Made by a program: the position numbers and the translations under genes. Positions 62,206 to 64,000 of a stretch of DNA of 64,000 nucleotides are shown here, piece after piece; positions within the stretch are counted from its first letter, which is position 1, and every line of letters begins with the position of its first letter. The notes under the pieces were generated by a model. It was not told where the DNA came from. It did no database searches and worked only from the letters and a program-made list of their open reading frames with translations. This DNA comes from Vicugna vicugna. Lineage: Eukaryota. The DNA is taken from positions 496,001 to 560,000 of the forward strand of contig MU057503.1 in NCBI GenBank assembly GCA_013265495.1, read 5' to 3'.

Positions 62206-64000
62206 AAAGAATTACCACCTGCCATACTCTGTCCATGTGCCCCACACTCAGTATCTCTGACCTGCATGGGGTCCGGAAGAGTGGGAACCGGCCCCTTCCA
62301 TGATGGGAGAGCAGAGATGTTATCTGTTGGGGTGAAGTCTCGCTCCTGCCAACCCCCCGCATCACAGGCTCATCCCCCTTCACCATGCAATATCGCCAGC
62401 ACACCGACTCATTTCCAGGAGCTGGCACCTCCCTTCCTTCCTTCTTGGCACGAACGGCTAAACCACCTCTTGCCCTGGGGAGTTTGTTCACCTGCTCACA
62501 CAAGCCAGGGCAAGGCTGAAGATTAACTGCCACCTTGTCCAGTTCACTCCCCGGAGCCAACTAACCATCTGACAACCATATACTGCACCCCAAGAGGGAC
62601 TGCAAGGGAAACCTCCCATAAAACACGAAAAACCTTCAGATACCATTTCCTCCAGACGACAGTTCGAGGCTCACAGTTCACAAAAAACAAGTCTGGTCCC
62701 ACCCAAAACATTCAAACCACAAAATGCCCATGACTGCCAACCAAGCTGTCAAGTGCCATTCACAACCGCAACGGGGACCCCGTGGAACAATCCAGCAAGG
62801 GGGTCAGCCTGCAGCGCTCTGTGGTAATGGATTTTGACCTGTGACGCAATCTTGTGGACACCGTGGACCGTCATGTCACTGTCATCCTCGAAGTCAAACA
62901 GCACAACCCCATGTATGCTGGAGCGCCCCCCGTTCAACCAAGGCAGCCTCCACTCCTTAAAGCGGGGGGCAGCTCCGGGAACACCTGCTCTTGCCCTTCA
63001 CACCACACTGTAAACGGAGGCTTGACCGCCTGCCCTCCGCCTGCAACCACAAGCACCCCGAGGACCCTGCCTGCCCCATTCACCTCGTTTCCCCAGCTCG
63101 TGCCTGGCGCATGCAGGCACCCCAAATATTTGTTGCTCCTCCCGTGGCACTTCCCTTCACTTTGACCGTATCTTCACTTCGGGGCTCTGACTGTATACTA
63201 CATGCACAAGGAATTGTACAAGTTAAGCATAAATAAACTGAAGATGGATTGAGACATATTTATTACTGATCCATCCACAGTCATTATTTCGACTCTATTA
63301 AGGATGACATCAAGGAAAGGAAATGTGCTCAAATAAGACCCACACCAAAAAGCTGCAGTCTGAGAGCAGAATAGAGGCTCAGCTATTCAACTGAACTGGT
63401 ATGTCACTTAAAAACCTCGACAGCATAACTGTGATAATGTAAAAATAATCTCAAAAAAACAGAAGGTACTAACACCTCAGTACCATCATATCCTACCTGG
63501 GTGATATCATCTTCCTTTTTTAGCACAAAATGAAGATTGCATTCTGTGATGAACTTTCTAAAGACAAATATTTTATGCTGTTCACTTGCAGGCTTCTCCA
63601 TTATTCAAATATGTTCTTCTCCAAGATGAAAGGGGATCACAGAGAGACAGCTATTTCTTCACTGTCTGATAATTTAAGCTGAACTTACGGCATCTCTTCT
63701 AAATCTGACAGTGATAAAATTAAAGTAACAGAAGAGGTCACTGGTGTTTGGGCTCTGAAGATAACGGCACCGAAGTTGTATGTCATAAGCTCCATGGGGA
63801 AAAAAATGTAACAACAATGAATACAGACACCATCACTTATGGAACCTAGCATGAGTTCCCTTCTCAATGCCCAATGGTGGCTAGAACTGCCAGATGTTGC
63901 TCAAAATAAATTCCCTTGCGCCTGAAGACATAACTTATATGCTGCTACATTTCCCAGCAGACCTGCTCCTCAGGTCGGCCATGGACCTGAATTCTGGCCA

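Larger units (their letters stand above)
1..64000 (-). other. PPM1H: PPM1H gene body: partial intron 4, exon 5, 14.4-kb intron 5, exon 6, partial intron 6
   Basis: Two consecutive internal exons are present. The flanking exons (ending LYVANAGDS; starting AYKTIEDEDLKFPLIYGEGKK) were not found, so both window ends are inferred to be intronic. Confidence 0.88.

Noticed and set aside
1..64000. Bulk of the six-frame ORF track as genes, or a prokaryote-style system (operon, CRISPR array, defence locus)
   Set aside because: The sequence is mammalian intron. The ORFs are short, overlapping and carry no recognisable domains apart from L1 ORF2 pieces and the PPM1H exon inside ORF 32410..32688. No repeat-spacer array was seen.

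Overview
Mammalian genomic DNA, most likely camelid (camel/alpaca/llama), judged from a vic-1-like tRNA-derived SINE and a young L1 resembling camelid L1 3' ends as I recall them. The window appears to lie entirely inside PPM1H, the PP2C/PPM-family phosphatase that dephosphorylates LRRK2-phosphorylated Rab proteins, transcribed on the minus strand. Only two coding exons are present: 32518-32602 (85 nt, AIIIRNGEIIPMSSEFTPETERQRLQYL) and 18003-18121 (119 nt, AFMQPHLLGNEFTHLEFPRRVQRKELGKKMLYRDFNMTG). They correspond to human exons 5 and 6 (numbering from recall) and have canonical GT-AG sites and compatible phases. The rest is intron filled with L1, L2, CR1/L3, MIR, hAT MITEs (MER3, MER5, MER45A, MER58A) and MaLR relics, plus several motif-dense unique stretches that look regulatory. 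Nearly all supplied ORFs are chance or repeat-derived. I found no novel multi-gene system. The best leads are a TSD-bounded L1 with an apparent short 3' transduction inside a CR1 fossil, a near-perfect 153-bp tandem duplication, AT-to-GC shifted patches in old repeats, and an intronic CpG/NRF1/Sp1 promoter-like element. Repeat names and boundaries were assigned by eye from recalled consensus sequences and are approximate.
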